Assembly (NCBI RefSeq): GCF_006345805.1
Contig: NC_043000.1
Coordinates: forward strand, 50,778,001-50,842,000
DNA from: Octopus sinensis
Taxonomy: Eukaryota
DNA length: 64,000 nt
Direction of reading: 5' to 3'
Below the pieces are notes generated by a model. That model had not been told where the DNA came from, searched no databases, and worked only from the letters and a program-made list of their open reading frames with translations. The position numbers and the translations under genes were made by a program. Positions 49,291-63,139 of this stretch are shown here, piece by piece. Position 1 is the first letter of the stretch; each line of letters starts with the position of its first letter.

Positions 49291-50751
49291 TCTAGTCATT
49301 GCAAAATATATATATTTATAGGTAAACACACACATATATAGTCATATATCATTGGACATTTGTATGTATGTACATTTGTTTGCATATCTGTGTGGATGTG
49401 TAAGTATATTAATATTTTATATCATCGTCACCATCATCATTTACTCACATTTTTATGGTGAAAATTCATGGAATTTCTTTTAGCTATACTAGTTCAAAAG
49501 TATGAAATTATTAGAAAATTTTCTAAAAATATCTCCAAAATATTTATTAGATACTAAAATTAATTTTCAACTAAATATTAGACTGACATAAAGTGACATA
49601 AAGAAATGAAAAAAAATATCTGTTTTTGTTTAATTCTCATGTTTTAGCAAACATTAGTTTTTGATAATATTAATTTATCACCTCAAATACTACCTCTCCT
49701 CAGATCTGAGAGCATTTTAGTAGAATATAAGCTTGCACTTTTGCTTTAATTTTCTTTCTTTATCATCGAGAATTTTGGCAGGAACATTATCATAAGAAAA
49801 TTGCCAAACCATTTCTTTAAGTAACAGCCAAAATATTTGGCTTCAAATTATGGATTTTTATAGTCAACATTTCTTGAACAATCACCTTGTTAAAATGTAA
49901 ATCGACTGAAAAGATGTATACAGAATTTTTTGTAAAGATCATATGATTTCTGAAAGCTACAGCTACTATAGGGGTGCCAAACATTCTTTCTCCATCATTT
50001 CTCTTTTGTATGCCTAATTACTATCAGTTGAAACCTTAATAATTTGCTGTATATAATGTATTTTCTAACATATTTTATCTTCAGATAGCATAAGTAAAAG
50101 CTAAATAAGAACAAAGATATGAGATATATCAGCAAAAATTATATTTACATTTTCTTTCACAATTTCTGCTCAGTGCAAAATGTATCTCTAGTTACAACGT
50201 AAGTACACTATTCTCTTTGGAATAAATATCTTCACTATACATCAACTTTTGCTTTCCTTTATAAATAAATTATATACAAGCTGTTAGGTTTTTTTTTCTT
50301 GGAAGCTAACTTTTGACACATATTTCTGTTAAATAGCAACAAAAAAACTCTATACCCATTGCTTTCTTATAACGGGGAGTAAAATATGAACTCTTGTGTT
50401 GTTTATGATATATCTATGCTTAATTTTGACTTGAAACATTTTTATATTTAGGAGGAATACCTGTGCAGGTAAATTTGAATTAATAGTATTGATATAGTAA
50501 AACAGTTATCTGAAAAAGTGTCTACTACTTACTATGAATATGCTACTGATAATATGTAGTTTGAATTCTTATACAAAGAGGTTTAATGGAAAGACTGATT
50601 TCTTGAAGCACACAGAGACACAGTCTCTCTACCCCTCTCTCGCATGCACACACACATACATGCACATTCTATTGTCTATTTAAGCAACTCAGTATCTTGC
50701 ATTTTCCCTGTTGCCATTCCTTCAAGTGGAATCTCTCTCCTCTCTCTCAAT

Positions 50752-50794
<43 letters not shown>

Positions 50795-51672
50795 GATCAA
50801 AATAGAAATATTCAGAGATCCTGTTTCGCTAAATTAAATATAAACTTCAAGCCATTGCACCAGGATGACCACAATACAGTTGTTGATACCGGTATCAAAG
50901 AATGTATGATAACCAGGTATACAACATTAGCTGATATCCACATCACTTGTAGCTTTGCAAAAGATGTGTATATGAGTTTTAGTGTTTTAGTTTCTCTGTT
51001 TCTATTTGGAGCCTTGTTTATCCAATTAGTTCTCGGTGTGTGCTTTCAGTGTATGTTTGGATGTGTGTGTGTGTACATGCTGGTATGAAGCATTATATGT
51101 ATATATAACATACAAATGTACAGCACATGTAAACATTCATACAAATTATAAATGGTGATTAGAAGATACAGTGATTTATTTCACCTAACTGGTATATTTA
51201 ATTAATCTCAATTAAACAGTTTTCTTCAATTATATATGAGTTCCTGTCAAACTTTCACCAGCTAAAGCAATCACTACTTATGTAATTTAGTGAAAAATCA
51301 CATCAATTTATTGAAAACTTTATCCATGAAAAACACAAAGAAATCTGTGAATAATCCAAAGAAACAAAATTTTTGAATTGATATTTCTCTACTCTAAATT
51401 ACATGATATTTTTTGTACAAATTGAATTTATTTCTAATCCTCTAAATCATGTTTTACCTTCTGCTGTATTTCAAAATAGTTTCCAAAATTTTAATTCAAT
51501 TAAATATGCATTATACTGAAATAGATTGTTTTGTTGACATGATACCTTTCAGCATAATAATAATTAATTATTTGTATCAATTTTTACTTTACGTTAAAAG
51601 CAAAGTTTTTTTCTATATCACAGTTTGATAAAGAGGTACTACTGATTATTATTCTCATTATTATTATTATTA

Positions 51673-52130
51673 GGGCGGCAAGCTGGTAGAATTGTTAGCA
51701 CGCCAGGTGAAATGCTTAGTGGTATTTCGTCTGTTTAAGGTGGCAAGCTGGTAGAAACGTTAGCACGTCGGGCGAAATGCTTAGTGGTATTTTGTCTGCC
51801 ATTACGTTCTGAGTTCAAATTACGCTGAGGTCGACTTTGCCTTTCATCCTTTCGGGGTCGATAAATTAAGTACCAGTTACACACTGGAGTCAATGTAATC
51901 AACTTAATCCGTTTGTCTGTCCTTGTTTGTTTTCTCTGTGTTTAGCCCCTTGTGGGTAGTAAAGAAATAGGTATTTCATCTGTTGCTACCTTCTGAGTTT
52001 AAATTCCTCCAAGCTCAACTTTACCTTTCATCCTTTCAGGGTCGATAAATTAAGTACCAGTTAAACACTGGGGTCGATGTAATCGGGTAGTTCCTTCCCC
52101 TAAAATTTCAGGCCTTGTTACTATAGTAAA
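51673..52130 (+). mobile_element. Meta-like SINE inserted inside another copy of itself (15-bp TSD)
   Basis: Host head 51673-51735, inserted full copy 51737-51969, host remainder 51970-52130. The TSD ggtatttc(g/a)tctgtt lies at 51721 and 51970. Confidence 0.8.
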
Positions 52131-52160
52131 AAAGATTATTATTATAATTATTAAGGTAAT

Positions 52161-52570
52161 AGGTGCAGGAGTGGCTGTGTGGTAAGTAGCTTGTTTACCA
52201 ACCACATGGTTCCGGGTTCAGTCCCACTGCGTAGCACCTTGGGCAAGTGTCTTCTACTATAGCCTTGGGCTGACCAAAGCCTTGTGAGTGGATTTGGTAG
52301 ACGGAAACTGAAAGAAGCCTGTCGTATATATGTATATATATATATGCGTGTGTGTGTTTGTGTGTCTGTGTGTGTCCCCCTAGCATTGTTCGACAACCGA
52401 TGCTGGTGTGTTTATGTCCCCATTACTTAGCGGTTCGGCAAAAAGAGACCGATAGAATAAGTACTGGGCTTACAAAAGAATAAGTCCCGGGGTTGAGTTG
52501 CTCGATTAAAGGCAGTGCTCCAGCATGGCCGCAGTCAAATGACTGAAACAAGTAAAAGAGTAAAAGAGTA
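52161..52570 (+). mobile_element. Young full-length CORE-type tRNA SINE
   Basis: ggtgcaggagtggctgtgtggtaag...ggttccgggttcagtccc...ccttgggcaagtgtcttc...cagcatggccgcagtcaaatgactgaaac(aagtaaaag)n. CpGs are retained. Confidence 0.9.
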
Positions 52571-52871
52571 ATGCATTTAGAATTATTAGTGATCCCCATT
52601 AAATGCCTTCTAGTATGTAATTCAGTACTGTCAATCAGATTTCAATCTTGCTATTATTCTTGCTGTTGCTATTAGTCCTTGGTTGACATATACACATATG
52701 TATATATACATTCACATATCTACGAGCATGTATGTATAAGCAAATAAGCTTGACCACTTGTTCATTCTAAATAGTTTTGTAATTATCTTTTTTTCAGAGT
52801 TAGTTATCTTATGTTCTGAGTTCAAATCATCTTTCTTTGGTCAAGAACATAAGTACCTGTTAAGCACAGGA

Positions 52872-53085
52872 GGTGGGCTGGCAAAATTGTTAGCATTAGC
52901 ACGCTGGGCAAAATGCTAAGCAGCATTTCATTCATCTTAAGGTTCTGAGTTCAAATTCCACTGAGGTCGACTTTGCCTTTCAGCCTTTTATGGCTGATAA
53001 AATAAGTACCAGTTTAGCACTGGGGTTGATACAATCAACTTACCCCCACCTCCTGCACTTGCTGGTCTTGTGCTAAAATCTGAAA
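52872..53085 (+). mobile_element. Meta-like tRNA SINE
   Basis: ggttctgagttcaaattccactgaggtcgactttgcctttcagcc...aataagtaccag. Confidence 0.75.
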
Positions 53086-54904
53086 CTGTTATTTCAACTA
53101 TATCCTCCCATAAAATGTGTCATCATCATCATCATTTAAATGGCAGAACATTAGCTTAAATTCCTTGTAGTATTTAGTAATATGTCAATATATCCTAACT
53201 TAAAGTCTTACCTAAGTCTGCATCACCTTCCTTCCTTTTAGGCCTTATAAGTAACAGTCAAGTACAGGAGCTGATTAATTGATTATACACCTCTAACAAA
53301 ATTCCTAGCCTTGTGCTAAAGTTAGAAATCAATTATTATTGTGTTCAAGTGCTAGACATGCTAAAACACTGGCCTAAGTGTCCATGATTGTGTAGTTATA
53401 TCACTGACTTGAGTTCAAATTTCATGGTTCAACTCACCTCACATTCATCTAGAGTCAACAGTTGTATAAATTCTTTATCTGGCTTTACAGATTCATACAA
53501 CACACAAATCTGAACAAGAGTTAGTATTTTTATAATGCATATATTCATAAGATATATATTTTGTAAGTTTTTAGATATATTTTGGTAGGTTTTAGACTAC
53601 ATCTTGATCTTGGTCAAAAGGCAGAGAGCAGATAGTTACTTTGTAATATTAAATTTAGTGTTATATTATCACTCTAAATGCATAACATAGTTTGCTAGTA
53701 TTCACTGTATACACATATCCAATGTGTGTATGTGTATACATTTATATAAATGTGAAAGGTTTTTGATTTGTAAACTTGTAAACACATTTTGAATTTGTGT
53801 GAGCACATGTGTATTGATATTATTTTCTTATCAATTCAGAAAGGAAGTTAAAAAAAATATATCTATTAATATATATTTTTGTATTTTAAGACTGCCAATG
53901 TTGGCTCTATTCTATCAATTCTGATTTATCTTCACTCGTTGTCAGAGCTGATTTACCATGTAAGCTTAGCACTTTAGGTAGATCTCTTATAGTTGCTGTA
54001 AAAGTTGATGGAAATTTTGAACTGAGATTCATGAAAGGCAAAAAATATTTGTATCTTTGGCTCATTATATAGATATTTCTGTGCTAATAAAGAATGATTT
54101 AGCATATTACAGACCTGCCAGCAAAACTTACAAGGGTAATGATATAGTATAGAGATCAGCAGCAGGTAAAGCCTCAGCCCCCAAGTAGGTCACTGAGGTG
54201 GTTCTCTGTGGGCCTTCAACTTTTTCTAAATATTAAAATACATTAATGTAATCGTGAGCCTTTGAGCTGTTGGTGGCTTTGAGATGGTCTTTTGCATTAC
54301 AACTGGTTTAATTTTTCCTTACATAACCATTACCAATGATGGAAATGGTGATGGGTATATGCAAGTATATTTTTAAATGTAAGATATGATTTAATATACC
54401 CGTGAGTAATAAGTAAATGTAAATGAAGCCAAAAGAAGTCAACTACCAGAAGTTGCTGATCTCTGATATAGTCAACATCAAAATTTTATTGTGCTATGAA
54501 AACTTCTTTCTTTCCTTAAAGAAATTAATTACAATTTTCAAGCAATATAAGCAAAATAATTATTTTCTGACTATTTAATGAGCTTCTAACAACAACATTA
54601 TTACTTTCTTGTTTATCTTTTACTTAGATTGTGCTTTAGAATATTTGTTTCTGTGTAACATGCATTGCAAAGCCTCTCAGCTTTGATCAAGCAAACCTAT
54701 GACCAAAGGCATTCAAGCTAAGATTATTATTTCATTTTTATTTTTCTTCATACATATTATCTAATATGTCCTTGCTGTATCAAGAAAGCAGGCTGTGTTT
54801 TGAAGGCAGCTCTTTTGAGCAGGTCAAGCAGTCATATAGAGATTCCCTTGTGGTATAAATAATACTTATCAAGAACAATTGAAAGAATATTTTAGAAAAG
54901 AATA

Positions 54905-55065
54905 AGGTGGCAACTTGGCAGAATTGTTAGCATGCCAGGCAAGATGCTTTGCAGCAGCCTGTCTTTATGTTCTGAGTTCAAATTCTGATTTGAACTCAGG
55001 TTGACTTAGCCTTTCATCCTTTTGGGCTTAATGAAATAAGTACCAGTTGAATACTGGGGTCAAAT
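54905..55065 (+). mobile_element. Meta-like tRNA SINE (3'-truncated)
   Basis: aaggtggcaacttggcagaattgttagc...gttgacttagcctttcatccttttggg. Confidence 0.75.
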
Positions 55066-55202
55066 CATCATATTGTTTTGTTTTTAGCATGATTACTAAA
55101 GTGACTTCAATTTGCTAGCAAACAAGTCTTAGAACACTTTAGCTTTGATTAAGAAGTGGAGTTTAAATTTTTACTTCCATATAAATAAATATACTTTATC
55201 AT

Positions 55203-55354
55203 AGGCGCAGGAGTGGCTGTGTGGTAAATAGCTTGCTTACCAACCACATGGTTCCGGGTTCAGTCCCACTGCGTGACATCTTGGGCAAGTGTCTTCTGCT
55301 ATAGCCTCGGGCTGACCAATGCCTTGTGAGTGGAAGAAGCCTGTCGTAAATATG

Positions 55355-55385
<31 letters not shown>

Positions 55386-55600
55386 ATATGTTTGTGTGTC
55401 TGTGTTTGTCCCTCTAGCATTGCTTGACAACTGATGCTGGTGTGTTTACGTCCCCGTCACTTAGCGGTTCAGCAAAAGAGACCTATAGAATAAGTACTGG
55501 GCTTACAAAGAATAAGTCCCGGGGTCAATTTGCTCGATTAAAGGTGGTGCTCCAGCATGGCGGCAGTCGAATGGCTGAAACAAGTAAAAGAGTAAAAGAG
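55203..55600 (+). mobile_element. CORE-type tRNA SINE
   Basis: Near-identical to 52161-52570 with a short internal deletion. Confidence 0.9.
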
Positions 55601-56359
55601 TATAGCTTATTGACAAATACAAAATATGCTTTTTGAAATGTAGCCTTTATTTAGAATTAGAAGTATTATATTAATAGTACTTTTCATTTAGATATAAGCA
55701 AGGGAGATTATTTATGAAAAGACCTATAGTATTATAAAATTCATTTTCAATTTTCAAAATGAAGTACAGAACTTACAACAAAAATATAGTTTATAAACAT
55801 ATTTTTTACATAATCTATTGTCGCATCAGTTTTATTATGTCTAATTATCACATTTCTATTGATACTATATTTCAGTTTAACAATGTCAATTCAAGCAATA
55901 TTTGATATAAACATAGTCAAAGAAGCAATAACAAGAAGGATTTTGATTATATCAATATCTTGTTTTGATTTCTCATTTTTCTAGATTGTTGAGATATGGC
56001 GCCAAACACTAGAAATTAATTTCCCACTTAATCATTAAATAAAAAAAAGCTACACCTGTAAAATCTCAGTCTATTTTTCTACTAAATGCTTTACATATTG
56101 ATTATAATATTCTGGTGCTATAGAATCCAAATGATTTCTTTTGTAAAAGCGAAATGTACACATCTTTGTGAAACTGAAGGAGGTAATTGTTTTATATTGC
56201 TGGTTCTTTTTATCCATGAGGAGTTGAAATATGAAATTAAACCTAGCAAGATTTGAAACATAAAAATGCTAAACATCAAACTAAATACTGTTTAATGTTT
56301 TACTACTTTTGCTAAGCAAAACAGAATAGAAATCCAGCATTTTCATTTCTGGACTGCTG

Positions 56360-56545
56360 CCTTCTTTCTGTTTTTTTGTTTTTTCTCTTTCTTCCTTCTT
56401 TTCTACCTTCCCTCCTCCATTTTTCCTCTTTATACTCCTTTCTTCATTCTCTTCCCACTATTTTTTTCCCCATTCCCCTCCTTTTCTTCTCTTTACCTTT
56501 TCTCCCCATGTCCTCCTCCTCTTCTTTCTTTTGTTGTTTTTGTTG
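56360..56545 (+). repeat. Pyrimidine-rich (CT) low-complexity tract
   Basis: Directly visible C/T skew. Confidence 0.8.
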
Positions 56546-59500
56546 TTATTTTAATAGATCTTTTTATATGTAATTTCCATACCAGATGGAATGGTTGTGC
56601 TAATTCAGACAGTTTCATGAATTGTTGAAGCAGTTGTTTTGAATATTGATTATTTCTTAAAGCCATCAACTCAACCATGAACCAGGGATGATAGATATTT
56701 TTCTGCTTGGTCAAATTGGCAAGTAAATTATTTGTCTTTATTTTATTTTTTTAAAAAAAGAACACATAGTACTTTATTGTCTATGTTGGAACATTTTAGG
56801 TTAGTAGACCAACAACTTACTCTTGACAACTGCTTTATTTGTGTTAGTAAATACCATAAGGCTACAGGAAACAATATCATTTCTATACACTTCTGATGCT
56901 AGTACAAGAAAACATTTAGGATTAAGTTAGGTATTCAATATATTATCTTGTATTCATGATATTATTCCTAACCTATATAGGAAAAAGAGTGATATCATCA
57001 GTCAATTAGCTCTGCTATGCACCCCTTGCCTTATATATTGAGTATCTCTGATGAATGTAATATTATGCAGAAAGACCAATATTACAATATTATGTACATA
57101 ATATACAATAATAGACTCACAATGAAAGCAAAATAAATGCTTTTCTTTCCTTAGTCAGCACCTTTTCATATGTTTTGTATACAGGCAAGATGGAGCTATG
57201 AAAAATGGCTTAATCTTTCACCTATAAATCATCAATTTTAAGCAGCAGCATCCTTTTCACTGTACTATTCATGTCACTTAATATTGGGAATATTTTAATA
57301 TCGTTATTTTTGTCAGGAGTTCGCAGAAAACTACACATATACATTCATACTCATACAAATGCCCATAGGTGGATGCATGTATATGGACAAGCAAACACAG
57401 GTAGTATGTGTGATTTACACAAATAGTCCATTGTTAATTTATATACACATATCTATAAAATAAGCACTATGGACTGGCAATAAACTCTTGGGAGATTGAC
57501 AATACCGGTTCTATTGCTATTTGAGCCTTTTCTGTTAATTAAGGTAATTAAGCATCATCTTGCATGGAGACACAATATACTGATTGTAATGTGATACACA
57601 CAACACATAACAGTGTACATCTCTGTAGAGATGTGTGTGTGTATGTGTGTGGTGTGTGTGAGTGTGTAAAGTTATTGATGACTATTAAGTTCTTGGTAAG
57701 CTGAATATCTGATGCATTTCAGTGAAGTGAAATGTCTGGACCATTTCACTTCACTTATTCCTGGTTTATATATGTAATTTCTGACCATACTTAATTACCT
57801 GGAAAAGTATAAGCATGACACTATATGATGATGAAGCCTTTTGTCTTTACACTGCATTCCATTAAGTATTATGAAATATTCTTCTTTTCATATACAGAAC
57901 TTTTGTAGTATTCACTTTTGATTTTCATCTGAATATATTGCTGAATTCTCAAATAAAGTTGTCTGACTGGCAGTATACATTAGATAATATATTATTAATT
58001 TCTATGGGAAGTAATTTGATATAAAGCACACATATATAATAGCCTGCTGTAATAATAAATTTCATCAGAAAAAGGGTACCATGAAATTCTGTCTGCATGC
58101 ACATTTATTAAATGTTTATAAACCTATGACAAATGCACACTACCTACAAAAAAAAAGTGAATATACGTCATAGAAGGCTTTTGTTTTGAGATGCGTCACT
58201 TAAGATATGCCTTATGAAAAATGGATGACTGCCATTTCTGATGAATTGAAAGCTGTCATTGAATCTATGCCAAGTAAAATTGTTCGGGAGCTTTCAGAAC
58301 TTTTAATATAAGTTATGAAATTATTCTCCTCTATTTACATCAAACAGAAAAAGAGTACTAATGAAGTAAATAAGAATCTTAGTAAGTTGACAAAAGGTTA
58401 CCAAAAAAAAAAAAAAAAAATGAAATAAATAAAAAAAAGAATCCCACCGAATTAGTCTGCCTCTCTTTTGTATTTGAGAAATGAATTATTGTTTAGGCTG
58501 ATTACTGATTCATTATGGAAATTGATTCTGTACATAACTTGAAAGTGACCATGTGACTAGATATCGTTTAATGGTATTATACAGCTGATGATTTCAAAAA
58601 CAAGGCTTCATATTAGAAATTGTTATGGTGTGCCTGATATTGTGTATCACAAGATGTTGAATTTTGGCCAAACAATCAGAGGGAGGTCTAAGTTCAGTGA
58701 GTTTATAAAGTATTGGGCCAAAAACACTGTACTCTTCTTAATTGAAAGTAAATATTGTTTCAAGGTAGGGCAAGACTCCATACTGTGTGATTTAAGATAG
58801 TCTTCATTTCTTGCTCTTATGTGTCAGTCATGAGCTGCTCTGTACAAAGAATGGTCTGCATGCTGAAGCTGTTGCCATCTGCTTTTGACCAGATCTGCCT
58901 TCTGCTCACTTGTAGAGAAAGGGACAAAATATATTCTTGCTCAAATCTAATAAAGGAAATAAATATATTGCTTTCCTGGTATTTATGCTTGATTATGGTG
59001 ATACTATATTGTCTACTAACATTCTAAAATTTTATCCCTCAGTTAAATATGGATTTATGACTGATCTATATCTCCTATGACAAAATTCTTTATATAACCA
59101 GTTGCTGGTACATCATATCTAATAAACATTACAGTGATAGAAAAATATTTCTGTGTAGTTATCACTATATGTTCAGTTACACTACATTTAAACTGATATT
59201 AACTTTTCAAAATTGTTTATCAAAGATCACACTTGAAATTCTCTTACTTATATATTCATTTCAGTTAATATATAACATTTTGAATTAAAATATAAAGTCT
59301 ACTAACATCACCTAGGTGTTGCTAGCACTAAGAGAGAGAGGAAAGAAATCTGTCACAGAATAAGTAGAATAGATTTAAACTACACAGAGAATAGCATTCT
59401 GTTTAATAGCACACAAGATATGAACTCAAAGCTATAGGCTGGTGTCTCAGTATCTTACCCATTCATACTTATACAAGCATGCATGTGTATGTACACACAC

Positions 59501-59996
59501 AGACACACACACACTCACACCATCATGATCATCATCATCACCACAATTGTTATCACCTAATTAGATACTTAGTGTTTGGAACAATTTTAATGTAAATTTA
59601 TATCTGTTTTCATGACAGCTATTTGTTGAAATTAGTATTAATATCTACTTTCCTGTAAAACAAACTGAGATAAGTATAGTAGGTTATTTTACAGTTGTGC
59701 ATGACAAAGAATTGATTTGTGACCCATGGATTATATGTTCAGAACCTCCTAATGATTTAACTTCTATGATGCTGTGATGTTTTAATTCGTTACAGGAATA
59801 TTTTCTTACTTCCTTGATTCTTTCTTTTATTCCTTTACTCATTTCAGTGATTGCATTGTGGCTATGCAGGGCACCTCCCCAAATATTACGTTTTTGGGGG
59901 TATTTCTTTTATGAAACATTGTACAATGATGAAAAATTATCCAGTGTTTATTAGATATATTTCTAAGGGTTTAAATAACTCACTTTATTAGTATTG

Positions 59997-60205
59997 GTTT
60001 CAAATTTTGACACAAGGCCAGCAATTTTGGAGGCAAGAGTGAGTTGATCACATCGACACTCAGTGCTGACTGGTACTCATTTCATTGACCCTGGAAGGAT
60101 GTTAAGTAAAGCTGTCCTCAGCGGAATTTGAACTGGAGCATAAACATGGCCGAAAAACCACTAAGCATTTTACTTGGCCTGCTAATAATGATTCTGCCAG
60201 CTTGT
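59997..60205 (-). mobile_element. Meta-like tRNA SINE (antisense)
   Basis: caaattttgacacaaggccagcaattttgg...ggtactcatttcattgaccc..gaaggatg...gcggaatttgaac...ctaagcattt...ttctgccagctt. Confidence 0.75.
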
Positions 60206-60364
60206 TGCGTTAACTCATTTTATTAATACTGAGATCTTTATTCACACAACATATATTTATCTAATCAAAAGGATAATGCTAATAATAAAGACAGCCAAAT
60301 GACACTGATCTCTTGCCATTAGTTGATTACAATTCAAATGCAAATAATAACCAGTTTTCTTTAA

Positions 60365-60584
60365 CTCTTTCATTACTGTATTTATTTTGAGATGCTCTGT
60401 GTTTCTTTGAATTACTTTAAATCTAACAAAGAATTTAGTAAAATAATTCAGTTATTATTCAGCTAGTGTTAGTAACATAAGTTGTGACTAAGGTTTGGTG
60501 GAAGATTTTAATTCATAGTTTATGAAAACAAGTCATTTGTACTCAGAGGCAGAGCCGGTTTCAGCCGGGTTGGTAGTGAAAGGG
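60365..60584. mobile_element. TTAA-flanked (piggyBac-like) MITE
   Basis: TTAA at 60361-60364 and 60585-60588. TIRs are CTCTTTCATTAC and, on the right (reverse complement), CCCTTTCACTAC. Confidence 0.75.
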
Positions 60585-61108
60585 TTAATAAAGTTAAGGC
60601 TTTTATGAGTTCATATACTGTGTATAATTTACTGTATACTGTGCTGGTTTAAAAAGAAGCAAATGCTTCCATAAAATATAAGCCTACATTGAAATGGCTA
60701 TAATTAATGTAGTATGGTACTTCATGTGAAATTTTTATGAAAGAGCTTAACTCTATATACTTACACTTAGAAATCCTGTTAGAAAACAAAAAGTTAGTGA
60801 CATTAATTTAGAAATCACCAACACATTAACTAGTATATGAGCCCCACACACAGACAAAATATATAGAGAATAATAAGTAGGATTGTTCATTTCATAGTCA
60901 ATTGTTTTGACAGAAAGACATTTCAGTAAAAAAATATGTTACACTTTCAAACTTTTGTTTTCGTTTGACTTGTCCAACTATAAAGCATTCTAATTCCAAC
61001 AAAAGTAATTTTAAAGGGAAAAAATGCATATATATAAGAAGATGTGAGGTCTGTATTTTAGATGAAAGCCAAACTATTTTTGTTTTTTAGTCTTTTTTTA
61101 TCATTCAG

Positions 61109-61144
61109 CAAAGATGTCATTTAAATTGCAAAAAACTTGAGGTG
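61109..61144 (+). CDS. Candidate 36-nt phase-0 exon (QRCHLNCKKLEV), product unknown
   Basis: Strong acceptor tctttttttatcattcag and donor GTG|GTAAGA. Only one frame is open. Confidence 0.25.
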
Positions 61145-61508
61145 GTAAGAAGAATGGATATTGTTACTACTGCAAGATGTCTGGTAAATTTGTGCAAATG
61201 TCAATTAGAAAGATATGATATCCTATGCAATACAGTTTAAAAATAAAGGCTGGATGATTAAAGACAATCAACAAAACTAGGTTACTTGGTTATTCTTCCA
61301 CAATAAGATAAAGGAGCATTGGAAGATGTATTGTTCAGACTTTTCTTCGGTAATCATACCATAAGCCTCTATAAAAATGTTAATGTTTTACAAAAGTTTT
61401 TCTTTTATGAATGATATCAAAATTGCTAGAAAATCTTAATCTGAGCATTTTTCTACACTCTGTTTAACAGTGATCATGATTTTAATACTTTTTAAAACAA
61501 ATTCTCTA

Positions 61509-61858
61509 CAGGAGTGGCTGTGTGGTAAGTAGCTTGTTTACCAACCACATGGTTCCGGGTTCAGTCCCACTGCATGGCACCTTGGGCAAGTGTCTTCTAT
61601 TATAGCCTCGGGCCGACCAAAGCCTTGTGAGTGGATTTGGTAGACGGAAACTGAAAGAAGCCCGTCGTATATATATGTGTGTGTGTATGTTTGTATGTCT
61701 GGTGCGTTTATGTCCCCGTCACTTAGAGGTTTGGCAAAAGAGACTGATAGAATAAGTACTAGGCTTACAAAGAATAAGTCTCGGGGTCGAGTTGCTCAAT
61801 TAAAGGCGGTGCTCCAGCATGGCCACAGTCAACTGACTGAAACAAGTAAAAGAGTAAC
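61509..61858 (+). mobile_element. CORE-type tRNA SINE
   Basis: Same head, CORE and tail as 52161-52570. Confidence 0.9.
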
Positions 61859-63055
61859 ATAGCAAATGAGTATTTGATATTGTTGATCAGGTCATCACTG
61901 ATTGAGCAGACTTATTATCAGAGACATTCTGTCTATGACTATACCATTGTTTTAAATGACATAATGCATCACAGGCTATATCATCCATCCAATCTATACT
62001 TCCATTTTTTTTTAATACAGTAAAGTGGTTTGGCTGCTATTTCTAGCAGCTGAGGCAACCGTGTAAAAGTTTTGTCATGAAATTTCAGTGTTGTTGGGAA
62101 GTAGAAGTTGACAAGCATTAGGTGGTATTTTAGTTTATGGTAAGAATGGTATGTGAAAAAGTTGTTTAATTTGTTTTTATTATCTCATGAAAAGAGAACT
62201 CGGTCTTAAATATAACAGAGTATTAATTGTTGAAGTTGTATAACATATCTTTAGCAATAACACCCCAAATACAAATTTTAACACCAGCTTTGTTATACTG
62301 GTTGTGAGAAAACATTTTTTTTTTTTTTGCAATAGGAACTGGGTAACTCCTATTGAACATTCTTCTGAAACAGTGCAATTTTGTGCTGATGAAAGAAATC
62401 ATTACTGAAGCACCAAGTAACCAAAGAAATTGTTGACTTTATATTTATGACCGTGTTTATGTATATGTACTGATATGCATCTTATATTAATTACATGTCT
62501 GTATATTTGTTCATTAGTTTAATGTCTGTTTCTTCGTGCTAGCATAGATTTGGATGGAGGCTTATTCAAGGCAGGATTTTTATGGCTGGCTGAATAAGTA
62601 TTGAGTCAAGACTGTATTAATCCATCCATCCAAACTATACTAACTATAGCCCTACATATACCTATGTCATGTGAATGAAAATGGGTAGACAAAATCTTAC
62701 TGATAGATGAACTGTGCCTGTTATTCGAAAGCTTAGCTTGAATATTATGCTAAAGGTTTCTATGGAATTTGTAGTTTCCATATGACCAAAATTCTTGCAG
62801 CTGTATGCTGCAAAAAGGGATGTGGAATAGATTGTTTTAGCAATGATATTTTTTAATATGGATTAAGGTACTTAGTACTTAGTAAAATGTTTTATCTGTA
62901 GATTTTCTCATTTGACCCCCTCTTTTGATCATGGAAGTTTTTTGGTCATTAAATATTAATGTGAAACATCAGCTATTTCAAAGATTAAAAAAAAAAAGAA
63001 TTCTAGTTACTTGAGAATATTTTATACAAATACTGCTCTCTTTTTCTTCTTATAG

Positions 63056-63139
63056 TTGCACTTCATTTATGAGTACAAGTCTTTGGTGCAACAGTCATGT
63101 TCTTCAAGTTGTCAGCCTATTACCTGTTTATTCACAAAT
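63056..63139 (+). CDS. Candidate 84-nt exon (LHFIYEYKSLVQQSCSSSCQPITCLFTN), product unknown
   Basis: Strong acceptor ctgctctctttttcttcttatag and donor AAT|GTTAGT. Symmetric, with two frames open. Confidence 0.25.

Noticed and set aside
58204-58311. MPYEKWMTAISDELKAVIESMPSKIVRELSELLI* as a host exon
   Set aside because: Stop codon just upstream and a weak acceptor. The IESMP motif resembles the Tc1 transposase C-terminus, so it is more likely a TE scrap.
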